Shown here one piece after another: positions 16,952 through 24,563 of a stretch of DNA of 64,000 nt (position 1 is its first letter; each line of letters opens with the position of its first letter). The notes beneath the pieces were generated by a model. That model was not told where the DNA came from. It did not search any database and saw only the letters and a list, made by a program, of their open reading frames with translations. Made by a program: the position numbers and the translations under genes. Source of the stretch: a bacterium (GTDB taxonomy: Bacteria > Patescibacteriota > Saccharimonadia > Saccharimonadales > Saccharimonadaceae); assembly GCA_027451105.1 (NCBI GenBank), contig DAIDKB010000020.1, positions 61,395 through 125,394 of the forward strand, read 5' to 3'.

Positions 16952-17779
16952 CTAGCGGTTAAGCCGTGCGTAAACCTGAGCATATCTTGATGCAACCGCC
17001 TTCGCATCAGCTGATAATTCGCGCATGTGCTGACCCGCTATTTGTCCCCATCGGGTCGAGCCCTCACCGTCGCCACTCTTTTGCGCATATTTCTTTGTAT
17101 CAAGCGCCTGAGCATAGTATTCCAGGTGAGTTACGTCACTCGAGCTAAGACCTCTAGTAAGCTCACCCAATGGATCCTTTGCTTCTGCTTCAATATTACT
17201 AGGCTTTGGTTCCTGAACGACAGCAGAGTCAACCGACTTAGCACCCTGCTTGCTCCAGTCTGGCATCTCGATTAGCTGAGGTGCGGCTGGCGTTGACTGT
17301 TCGGCCGCAGGGACACTATAAAGACGCCTAAATTCGTTCATAGGCATAGCATTGCTGGGCTGATCAACAAACGGCTCGACGGCACCTGGACTAGCAGGAC
17401 CGACTACACTAAACGCACGATCTGCAAGCTCAACTTGAGGTGTTTTAAGTCTTGCGTGTTCAGCGCTATATGCTAGAGCCTCGGCTAAAACAAGACTTTT
17501 CCGAGAGGGCTCTGTGTCGTCGGGATGAATATACTTCTCGAATATGCCTACTCGTACACCGCTCCGGTCGACACCGGTAGTAGTTAGCATCCACCCGCTG
17601 TCTGGCCATGGCTCTTTATGGCTAGCGTCAGGACTGCGCTTGACAGTCAAAATGTGCATCCGGTCTTCCATAACATCAAAGTCATGCCTATCTTCTAGTG
17701 AAGCTACATATTTATCTAGCTTTTGTGATGGAGTTAGTTGTGCTTCACTTCTTGAGTTTTGCTCGGGATCGGGTGACAT
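16952..17779 (-). CDS. Hypothetical protein (orphan; P/A/S-rich middle section)
   Basis: The track ORF is trimmed to MSPDPEQ at 17779. AAGGAAAAA lies upstream and a TGCTATAGT -10 lies about 30 nt upstream. 275 aa, no recognisable domain. Confidence 0.5.
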   Translation of the reverse strand: MSPDPEQNSRSEAQLTPSQKLDKYVASLEDRHDFDVMEDRMHILTVKRSPDASHKEPWPDSGWMLTTTGVDRSGVRVGIFEKYIHPDDTEPSRKSLVLAEALAYSAEHARLKTPQVELADRAFSVVGPASPGAVEPFVDQPSNAMPMNEFRRLYSVPAAEQSTPAAPQLIEMPDWSKQGAKSVDSAVVQEPKPSNIEAEAKDPLGELTRGLSSSDVTHLEYYAQALDTKKYAQKSGDGEGSTRWGQIAGQHMRELSADAKAVASRYAQVYARLNR

Positions 17780-17823
17780 TGTTTGTTTTTCCTTATTTGT
17801 AATTACTATAGCATAAGCTGTAT

Positions 17824-17854
17824 AAAAAAGCAAGCCCCTATTGAAGGGACTTGC
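17824..17854 (-). terminator. Intrinsic terminator after the 69-aa ORF
   Basis: On the minus strand: GCAAGTCCC, a 7-nt loop, GGGGCTTGC, then TTTTTT. Confidence 0.7.
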
Positions 17855-17873
17855 TGTAACACCTATATTACAT

Positions 17874-18083
17874 CTATTGTTCAGTAGCGGATCGGGCGCG
17901 CCTTGCAGCTTCTACAGCCTCGGCTGAAACAACCTCTAGCAATTGCTGGCCAGCTTTACGCTTGGCAAGTGCAATAGCGACTTGATCGGGGTCAGACTCG
18001 ATAATGCTGACCGGCCTGTAGGCTTCGCCATCCATACCGGGAACTTTTGTAATGAGTTCAGTATTTGTTGATTGTTCGGACAT
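17874..18083 (-). CDS. Hypothetical small protein (69 aa, orphan)
   Basis: AAAAGGAAAA lies upstream. It has its own -10 (TGCTATAAA) and its own terminator. Confidence 0.45.
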   Translation of the reverse strand: MSEQSTNTELITKVPGMDGEAYRPVSIIESDPDQVAIALAKRKAGQQLLEVVSAEAVEAARRARSATEQ

Positions 18084-18138
18084 CTGTTTATTTTCCTTTT
18101 TTATTCGCTGCTTACCCTATTTATAGCATAAGCTGCAT

Positions 18139-18168
18139 AAAAAAGCAACCCCTAAAACTAGGGGCTGC
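18139..18168 (-). terminator. Intrinsic terminator after the response regulator gene
   Basis: On the minus strand: GCAGCCCCTA, a 4-nt loop, TAGGGGTTGC, then TTTTTT. Confidence 0.7.
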
Positions 18169-18188
18169 AAGGTTATACTGTCAGTCGG

Positions 18189-18596
18189 TTAGGCAGTTGG
18201 CTTTTGTTCAAGCATGCCCAGGTGGTATTTAACCCGCTCAACCACATCACCAATAACAACCTGTGACTTAACTAGGTAGTCATTAACACCAAGGGCTTCA
18301 GCACGCTCTTTGTCCTTTGGCTGGCTTAGGGCGGTTAGCATAATAATGCGGATGTCGGCGGTCTCTGGCGTGTTTCGCAAGATGTCGAGGACATCAAAAC
18401 CACTAATCTTTGGCATCATTGCGTCCAGCAAGATTAGGTCAGGCTTGAAATCAATAGCGGCCGACAAGGCATCTTCGCCGTTGTTTACTTCACGAACTTC
18501 AAAGCCCTCAAGCTCCATCCTAGATTTATAGACTGATGATAGTGCGACGTCATCTTCAACTAGAAGGAGTTTTTTCTTTGTTTCCATATTATCCAT
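18189..18596 (-). CDS. Receiver-only response regulator (CheY/DivK-like)
   Basis: 135 aa with EDD, DLILLDAMMP, LTA and K receiver residues. No output domain. Confidence 0.8.
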   Translation of the reverse strand: MDNMETKKKLLLVEDDVALSSVYKSRMELEGFEVREVNNGEDALSAAIDFKPDLILLDAMMPKISGFDVLDILRNTPETADIRIIMLTALSQPKDKERAEALGVNDYLVKSQVVIGDVVERVKYHLGMLEQKPTA

Positions 18597-18629
18597 ATAG
18601 TACTACAACTTTGGCCAAAAGCACAAGCT

Positions 18630-19874
18630 TTACAGGCCAAGCGCCTTTTTCGCGGCATCCATTTGCGGATCGACGCCGTCATTAATGTTTTGTTGCGTAA
18701 TCGAAGCTGTGATGTCTGGTGTGATACCTTCTTTGGTAATGTTTTTGCCAGCTGGTGTATACCAACGAGCCACTGTTACCTTTAATTCGGCGCCATCAGG
18801 TAGGCTGATTAGCTTTTGGACACTGCCCTTACCAAAGGTTTTTTCACCGACTAGTTTAGCGACTTTGTAATCTTGCAGGGCGCCCGAGACGATCTCACTA
18901 GCACTCGCCGTACCGCCGTCGACCAGCACAACCGTTGGTAATCCGGCCAAAATTGGATTGCTACCAGACTTCAGCTGGCTAACGACCACATCGTTAGTCT
19001 TTTCGGTCACAACAACCTTATTGTCTAGCCAAAGACCGGCCACGTCCTGAGCAGCATCGACATAACCACCACCGTTACCGCGAAGGTCTAAAATTACAGC
19101 TTTAACACCTTGCGTCTTAAAGTCCTGGGCTGCTGCCCGCGCAAGACTTGAAGTTTCACTATCAAAACGACTTATAGTTAGAATGCCGACACCGCCGACG
19201 ACCGATGAATCGACGCTTGGGTTGGTAATCGTATCACGAGTAATCGTAAAGTTTTTAGAGTCAGCCCCGCGTAGTACTGTTAATTTAACAGTTGTGCCGA
19301 CGTCTCCCCTGACTTGTCCAACAGTTTTTTCAACCGTCCAGCCATTGGTTGATTGGTCATTAACAGCAGTAATGACATCGCCTGCCATCAAGCCGGCTTT
19401 TTCGGCTGGATTGCCCTTAAGGACGCGAATGATGTAAACCTGGCCGTTACGAGTACCGATTTCGGCACCAATGCCGCCGCCAATGTTACCCGTTAAATCA
19501 TCCGAAAAGGTCGTAGATTCGGTTGAGTTCATATAAAGCGTATAGGTATCGCCGGCCGCAGCCACTAATCCCTTGTTAGCGCCTTCAATCAAGGCCTTGT
19601 CGTCAAGGTTGCCGTCATAGTTGGCTTTTAGGGCGCGGTAGGTCGACTCGACTGAGCTTAAATCAATATTGCCAGCATAAATCTTTTGGCCAAAAACAGG
19701 ACCAATGACACTCATGATTCGGTTGCTGTTCATACCACCGAAAAAACCTAAAACCGCCGTGGCGGCTAATATCAAAAACCAGGCATTTGACGATAAGGTC
19801 TTGGCGCGTTTAGGCTTAGTTGCTGTATCTGAAACGTGCGGCTGGACATGAGCTTTAGTTGGCTTATCGGTCAT
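18630..19874 (-). CDS. ctpA: Carboxy-terminal processing protease (S41) with a PDZ domain
   Basis: 414 aa. It has an N-terminal TM helix, a PDZ domain (GNPAEKAGLMAGDVITAVN), and S41 motifs LDLRGNGGG and ASASEI. Confidence 0.85.
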   Translation of the reverse strand: MTDKPTKAHVQPHVSDTATKPKRAKTLSSNAWFLILAATAVLGFFGGMNSNRIMSVIGPVFGQKIYAGNIDLSSVESTYRALKANYDGNLDDKALIEGANKGLVAAAGDTYTLYMNSTESTTFSDDLTGNIGGGIGAEIGTRNGQVYIIRVLKGNPAEKAGLMAGDVITAVNDQSTNGWTVEKTVGQVRGDVGTTVKLTVLRGADSKNFTITRDTITNPSVDSSVVGGVGILTISRFDSETSSLARAAAQDFKTQGVKAVILDLRGNGGGYVDAAQDVAGLWLDNKVVVTEKTNDVVVSQLKSGSNPILAGLPTVVLVDGGTASASEIVSGALQDYKVAKLVGEKTFGKGSVQKLISLPDGAELKVTVARWYTPAGKNITKEGITPDITASITQQNINDGVDPQMDAAKKALGL

Positions 19875-19966
19875 TATTCTCCCCTATGAGACAGTTTGTA
19901 CTTTATATAAGTATAGCGCACTCTGGTGTCTGTGCGCTATAGAACTTATGGTTTTAATTATACTTA

Positions 19967-21211
19967 TTATGCTGATGGAAACCTGAGGAAAATAACGCCA
20001 GTGGTCTTGATATCCATCGTGCTGTACTGACCGGTACCATAGAAGTTAAACTGACTAACATGGACCCAGCCATTACTATCTGCTGGCGTCTCGACGATCA
20101 TAGCATGACCAATTGGCGAAAACGCACCGCTTTGCGGCAAGATAACTGCATCACCTGGTTGTGGAGTATCAACCCTATATGCACCGCTGTAAGACATTGC
20201 GCTACCAACAGGATTCCAGCTACCGTTGGGTTTAGTGTGAGGAGAAGCCCATTCCCAGGCATTGCCCTCTCCGCTAAAGTAACCTACGTATTTATGAAAA
20301 CGACTCTGCAACGCCCAGGCTACATAACTAACGCACTCACGATTATATAGCCCCCATTGATCAACTACAGAATCTTGGGATTGACAGTAAGAATAGCCGC
20401 CGCTACAACCACCAGCTCCATTACTTGGCGATAGATTTGCCCACTGAAAACTGCCATAAACACCAGCACTTGCGCCACCGCTACTACTTAGTAAACTTTG
20501 GTAATAAGCCCGTTGAGCCGCCGCCGCATCAGCCATTTTTTGCTGAGTAGTAGTGACTAGTTGCTGATAAGCAGCTTCTTGGCCTTGTGTTTGCGATAAT
20601 ATACTTTGCTGCTCGCCCTGTTGAGCAGCCAGCTGGGCCTTCTGAGCGTTCTGCTGGTCAAGCACCTTTTGCGTGTCGGCCTTTTGCTGGTCAAGTTGAG
20701 CTTTTAACGTCTTGATTTGCGCAATAGCCGATGTTAATTGATCACGCACCGAGTTACGATATTCCTGCTTGTCCAAAAAGTCGCTAATGTTTTTGCTGCT
20801 GGCAACCAACTCCAGCGGCGTAACACTAGAGTCAACGTATAGATTGGCAATTGTCGTTCCAAGGGCGTCCTGGCTGTCTTTGATTTTCTTTTCGGTGTCA
20901 GCAATTTGCGAAGTTAGTTGATCGTACTTGACCTGATTCAAATTAATTTGCGCCTGAACACCAGCAATTTGATTGTTTAATACCGCAAGTGCAGCTTGAA
21001 GCGTCTGAGCCTGTTGGTTTAGCTGACTGGCCTGCGCCTGATATGCCGCTACCTGCTGGTTAAGAGCTGCAATCTGGTCATCGTATTTATCAGCCGAAAC
21101 CGATTGGCTGATTTGAATTGGCGTTGCGACGGCAAAGATAATCGTTGCGGCAACAAGCACAGACCTGGTCATTAGAGATTTCGAAGCTGGTGTGGTGGTA
21201 CGCAGTTTCAT
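19967..21211 (-). CDS. Secreted coiled-coil + CHAP-domain peptidoglycan hydrolase (PcsB-like architecture)
   Basis: 414 aa. It has a signal/TM segment and a Q/A/L-rich coiled coil of about 200 aa. The C-terminal CHAP domain has Cys in NRECVSYVAW and His in GHAMIVE. Confidence 0.75.
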   Translation of the reverse strand: MKLRTTTPASKSLMTRSVLVAATIIFAVATPIQISQSVSADKYDDQIAALNQQVAAYQAQASQLNQQAQTLQAALAVLNNQIAGVQAQINLNQVKYDQLTSQIADTEKKIKDSQDALGTTIANLYVDSSVTPLELVASSKNISDFLDKQEYRNSVRDQLTSAIAQIKTLKAQLDQQKADTQKVLDQQNAQKAQLAAQQGEQQSILSQTQGQEAAYQQLVTTTQQKMADAAAAQRAYYQSLLSSSGGASAGVYGSFQWANLSPSNGAGGCSGGYSYCQSQDSVVDQWGLYNRECVSYVAWALQSRFHKYVGYFSGEGNAWEWASPHTKPNGSWNPVGSAMSYSGAYRVDTPQPGDAVILPQSGAFSPIGHAMIVETPADSNGWVHVSQFNFYGTGQYSTMDIKTTGVIFLRFPSA

Positions 21212-21221
21212 AACGTATCCA

Positions 21222-21251
21222 ATTTTACCATAACCAATATAGTCTTGTCAA
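21222..21251 (-). promoter_or_regulatory. Promoter of the CHAP hydrolase gene
   Basis: On the minus strand: TTGACA (21251-21246), 18 nt, then TGGTAAAAT (-10 at 21227-21222). The -10 ends 10 nt before the ATG. Confidence 0.5.
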
Positions 21252-21266
21252 TGTTAGCCGTATCTG

Positions 21267-22247
21267 TTAAACCTTCAAATATCGCCTTGTAGCAAGTAGT
21301 GAGGAAATGACACCAATAATCGCTCCGACGATGATCATACCAAGCACGACAAATCCACCATAAAATACCGCAAAATTGATAGTTGGCTGGACCGCAATAT
21401 CATAACTAGCCAATGTGTTAGATGAGGAGAATAACAAACCATAACCAATACCTGTAGCGATAATTGCCGCAATAAAGCCATAGACAACCGCTTCAACTAC
21501 AAATGGACCGCGAATAAACGACTGATCTGCACCAATAAGCTTCATCATCTGAATCTCTTCTTTACGGTTAAAGATAGCCATTCGAATCGTATTAAAAATA
21601 ATCAGCGATGATATTGTGACAAAGACCAGGCTGGCAATGACGCCGACTTCTTGAGCAAAGTTAATCGCATGTCCGATCGAGGCAATTGTTGCCTTACGCT
21701 CCCCTGCAAACGATGGCTTACGCGACGTGTCGATGTATTGTTTTAACAGCTTATCGTTATCAACAAAACTAGCCAGTTGCGTTGTATCGTCAATATTAGT
21801 CACGACAACATGCAAAATACCAGGATTCATATTCGTCGCTTCGTTCAACGCCGCCAAGTAATTGACATCGTTCTTGTTCTCTTGAGCAATAATATCTCTA
21901 GCCTGCGTTGAACTAACGTAAGTAACCGATTTAACAGTCGATAAGGTCAAAAGTTCTTTTTTGATAGCATTAGCCTGATCGTCCGGCGTATCAGTTTTAA
22001 GATAAATTGACATATCGACCTTGTCGCGTAGCTGACCGACCGTCTCGATTAAAATCGAACGTGAGGCAACGGCAATAAATATAATCAGAAGAGTAATTGT
22101 CATCACAGCAGTCGCGGCAATCGTCAACCAAGCGTTACGAGAAAAGTTATTAACACCGTAACGACACATGCGCACAAAAGTCAGCCATTTGCGGCGACTC
22201 TGTTTCTGCTTGGCAAACGCCTTGGAATCTAATTTTCGTCTACTCAC
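21267..22247 (-). CDS. ftsX: Cell division permease-like protein FtsX
   Basis: 326 aa with 4 TM helices, a large first extracytoplasmic loop and an FtsX C-terminal domain. It overlaps ftsE by 4 nt. Confidence 0.85.
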   Translation of the reverse strand: MSRRKLDSKAFAKQKQSRRKWLTFVRMCRYGVNNFSRNAWLTIAATAVMTITLLIIFIAVASRSILIETVGQLRDKVDMSIYLKTDTPDDQANAIKKELLTLSTVKSVTYVSSTQARDIIAQENKNDVNYLAALNEATNMNPGILHVVVTNIDDTTQLASFVDNDKLLKQYIDTSRKPSFAGERKATIASIGHAINFAQEVGVIASLVFVTISSLIIFNTIRMAIFNRKEEIQMMKLIGADQSFIRGPFVVEAVVYGFIAAIIATGIGYGLLFSSSNTLASYDIAVQPTINFAVFYGGFVVLGMIIVGAIIGVISSLLATRRYLKV

Positions 22248-22927
22248 TGCCTGTAACTCCCCTGCGCCTGATCGCCGGTAATCTTGCCATGTTCGATTGT
22301 GATAACACGACGCTTTAACTTATTAACAATATCGACATTATGTGTCGTCAGCAGAACGGTCGTGCCATATTTATTAATTTTCTCAAGCAAACGAACGATG
22401 TCCCAGCTGTGTTTTGGGTCAAGGTTTCCAGTCGGCTCATCAGCAATCAAGATTTTTGGCTGGCGAACGACCGCCCTGGCAATCGCCACGCGCTGCCTTT
22501 CACCACCTGATAATTGGTGTGGAAATTGTTTCTCTTTACCGGTTAGACCAACCAGCTCAATCACTTTTGGAACCGTGTTGCGAATCTCGCGACCAGTCAT
22601 GCCGGCGATTTCAAGGGCAAAAGCGACGTTTTCGTAAACAGTTCGCTGCGGCAACAATTTAAAGTCCTGAAAAACTACACCAATTTTGCGGCGCAGCATT
22701 GGAATATGGCTGTCTTTTAAAGTGTCGTAGTCAATACCACCAACCACAATCTTGCCACTGGTTGGTTTTTCTTCACGAGTTAGAAGTTTTAGAAGAGTTG
22801 ATTTACCGGCGCCACTGGTACCGACCAAGATAACAAATTCGCGGGGTTCAATGAACAGACTCACGCGATTTATCGCCGGCTCCATATCTTTGCCATATGT
22901 CTTGGTAACCCTATCTAGTAGTATCAT
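22244..22927 (-). CDS. ftsE: Cell division ATP-binding protein FtsE
   Basis: 227 aa with Walker A GTSGAGKST, signature LSGGERQR and Walker B ILIADEP. Confidence 0.9.
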   Translation of the reverse strand: MILLDRVTKTYGKDMEPAINRVSLFIEPREFVILVGTSGAGKSTLLKLLTREEKPTSGKIVVGGIDYDTLKDSHIPMLRRKIGVVFQDFKLLPQRTVYENVAFALEIAGMTGREIRNTVPKVIELVGLTGKEKQFPHQLSGGERQRVAIARAVVRQPKILIADEPTGNLDPKHSWDIVRLLEKINKYGTTVLLTTHNVDIVNKLKRRVITIEHGKITGDQAQGSYRQ

Positions 22928-22937
22928 TTCTTAAGCC

Positions 22938-22946
22938 ATTATAGCA
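22938..22946 (-). promoter_or_regulatory. Extended -10 (TGCTATAAT) of ftsE, 10 nt from the ATG
   Basis: The minus strand reads CTTATGCTATAATGGCTTAAGAA-ATG. Confidence 0.5.
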
Positions 22947-22967
22947 TAAGCGCCGTATGGCAAATAC

Positions 22968-22995
22968 TTGATGTAATCTGTATATGTTGTATAAT
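22968..22995 (+). promoter_or_regulatory. Sigma70 promoter of the GC-rich ORF at 23029
   Basis: TTGATG (22968-22973), 16 nt, then TATAAT (22990-22995). Confidence 0.5.
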
Positions 22996-23028
22996 TAGCT
23001 TGTCAGTTCCACTCAGAATGGAGCGATC

Positions 23029-23421
23029 ATGGGATGCGACAGTCCATACAGCAACTTCAATACCCTCTGCTACAACCCAGCGAATGGTAGATGGTGGTCT
23101 ACGTCGGGGCTCCTATACAGCGTCACGGCACCCACCAAGCAGATGGTTATCGACAAGGTCGGTAAACCCTGCCGAGCGGTAATGCTGCTGAAGAGAATCG
23201 AGGACGGCAGCGGGTGGCTCGCCAACCTATACGCGGGACAGTACGTCGCCGCTGAGGTCGAAGGTACCGACCTACCCCCTGGAATCTACGACCTGGAGCG
23301 AGTCAACCTGATTCGCTCGGGAGTAGACGGAACAACTGTCGTCGATACGGTAGATGCCGGCGCCGTACCAGCCGGCATATACCGTGAAGTGGCAGAGCCA
23401 GTCGCTGTCGTGAGCCGCTGA
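23029..23421 (+). CDS. Hypothetical protein encoded in GC-rich DNA (no recognisable family)
   Basis: 130 aa. A GGAG SD lies 5 nt upstream. A spot count gives about 58% GC at 23101-23160. It has its own promoter and terminator. Confidence 0.5.
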   Translation: MGCDSPYSNFNTLCYNPANGRWWSTSGLLYSVTAPTKQMVIDKVGKPCRAVMLLKRIEDGSGWLANLYAGQYVAAEVEGTDLPPGIYDLERVNLIRSGVDGTTVVDTVDAGAVPAGIYREVAEPVAVVSR

Positions 23422-23425
23422 CGCG

Positions 23426-23470
23426 CCCCCTGCTTGCTGCTAGTTATGCAGGCAGGGGGAGTTTTATTTT
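23426..23470 (+). terminator. Rho-independent terminator
   Basis: CCCCCTGC...GCAGGGGG stem followed by AGTTTTATTTT. Confidence 0.65.
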
Positions 23471-24542
23471 AGACTTGTTCTAAATAGGCATTAATAAAGC
23501 CGTCGATTTTACCGTCCAACACGCCGGAAGCGTCGCGATCTTCGTATTTCGTACGAGTATCTTTGACTAAAGTATAAGGGTGCAAGACATAATTTCGGAT
23601 TTGACTACCCCAGTTGGCCGACTCGCCCGCCTGTAGGTCTTTGATAGTAGCGGCGTGCTGTTCTAGTCGTAGTTGAGCTAATTTGGAGCGCAAAATCTTC
23701 ATCGCCGTTTCGCGGTTTTGCAGCTGGGAACGCTCGTTCTGAATCGCAATCACAATGCCCGTTGGCAAATGCGTGACGCGCACAGCGCTATCGGTTGTAT
23801 TGACCGATTGGCCACCATGACCGCCCGAACGATAAACATCCACCCTTAAATCTTTTTCATCAATCTGAATTTCGTCGGGCTCGTCAATTTGCGGCAAAAC
23901 TTCAACTAGCGCAAAGCTCGTTTGGCGCAAGTTATCACTATTAAATGGACTTAGGCGGACCAGCCGATGGACGCCATGCTCGCCTTTTAGTTTGCCATAA
24001 GCATAGGCGCCGGTTATTTCAATTACACTTGATTTAATGCCGGCTTCTTCACCAGTCGAGCGCTCGACTGTTGTAGCGTGCATGTTATTTTTTTCAGCCC
24101 AGCGCAGATACATGCGTTCAAGCATTTCGGTCCAGTCCTGGGAATCAGTTCCACCGACACCGGCACTAAGCCGTAAAATCGCATTGTGATCGTCGTATTC
24201 GCCATTGAACAACAGTTCTTTGCGTCGCGTCTCATACTCGGCCTCAAGAGCGCTCACCTGACCTTCAAATTCTTTCAGCAAGCTGTTATCGCCCATTTCA
24301 ATCAGTTCAACAATGTCATCAACTTGCGACTTCAAGGTTAGCCACGGCTCAACCATATTATTAAGTGCTGCCAGCTTTTTGCTTTTATCCTGGGCATAGG
24401 CCGGATTATTCCAGATTTCAGATGATGACAGTTCAAGCTCTAGGGCCTGAATAACTGTTTGCTTTTGCTCGATTTCTAAACGCAAAAACGCGCCGTCAAT
24501 TTGTGACGACAGACTTTTTATCCGTTTCAGTAGAGGTTGCAT
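23469..24542 (-). CDS. prfB: Peptide chain release factor 2 (uninterrupted ORF, no programmed frameshift)
   Basis: 357 aa with the SPF tripeptide (RLSPFNS) and the GGQ motif ([11 protein letters not shown]). Confidence 0.9.
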   Translation of the reverse strand: MQPLLKRIKSLSSQIDGAFLRLEIEQKQTVIQALELELSSSEIWNNPAYAQDKSKKLAALNNMVEPWLTLKSQVDDIVELIEMGDNSLLKEFEGQVSALEAEYETRRKELLFNGEYDDHNAILRLSAGVGGTDSQDWTEMLERMYLRWAEKNNMHATTVERSTGEEAGIKSSVIEITGAYAYGKLKGEHGVHRLVRLSPFNSDNLRQTSFALVEVLPQIDEPDEIQIDEKDLRVDVYRSGGHGGQSVNTTDSAVRVTHLPTGIVIAIQNERSQLQNRETAMKILRSKLAQLRLEQHAATIKDLQAGESANWGSQIRNYVLHPYTLVKDTRTKYEDRDASGVLDGKIDGFINAYLEQV

Positions 24543-24563
24543 TGATTTATATTGTAACCGATA

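Noticed and set aside
23469-24542. Programmed +1 frameshift in prfB, or UGA recoding as in some CPR lineages.
   Set aside because: prfB is a single uninterrupted 357-aa ORF with no in-frame UGA near codon 25. Both RF1 and RF2 are present and the ORFs read through cleanly with the standard code.
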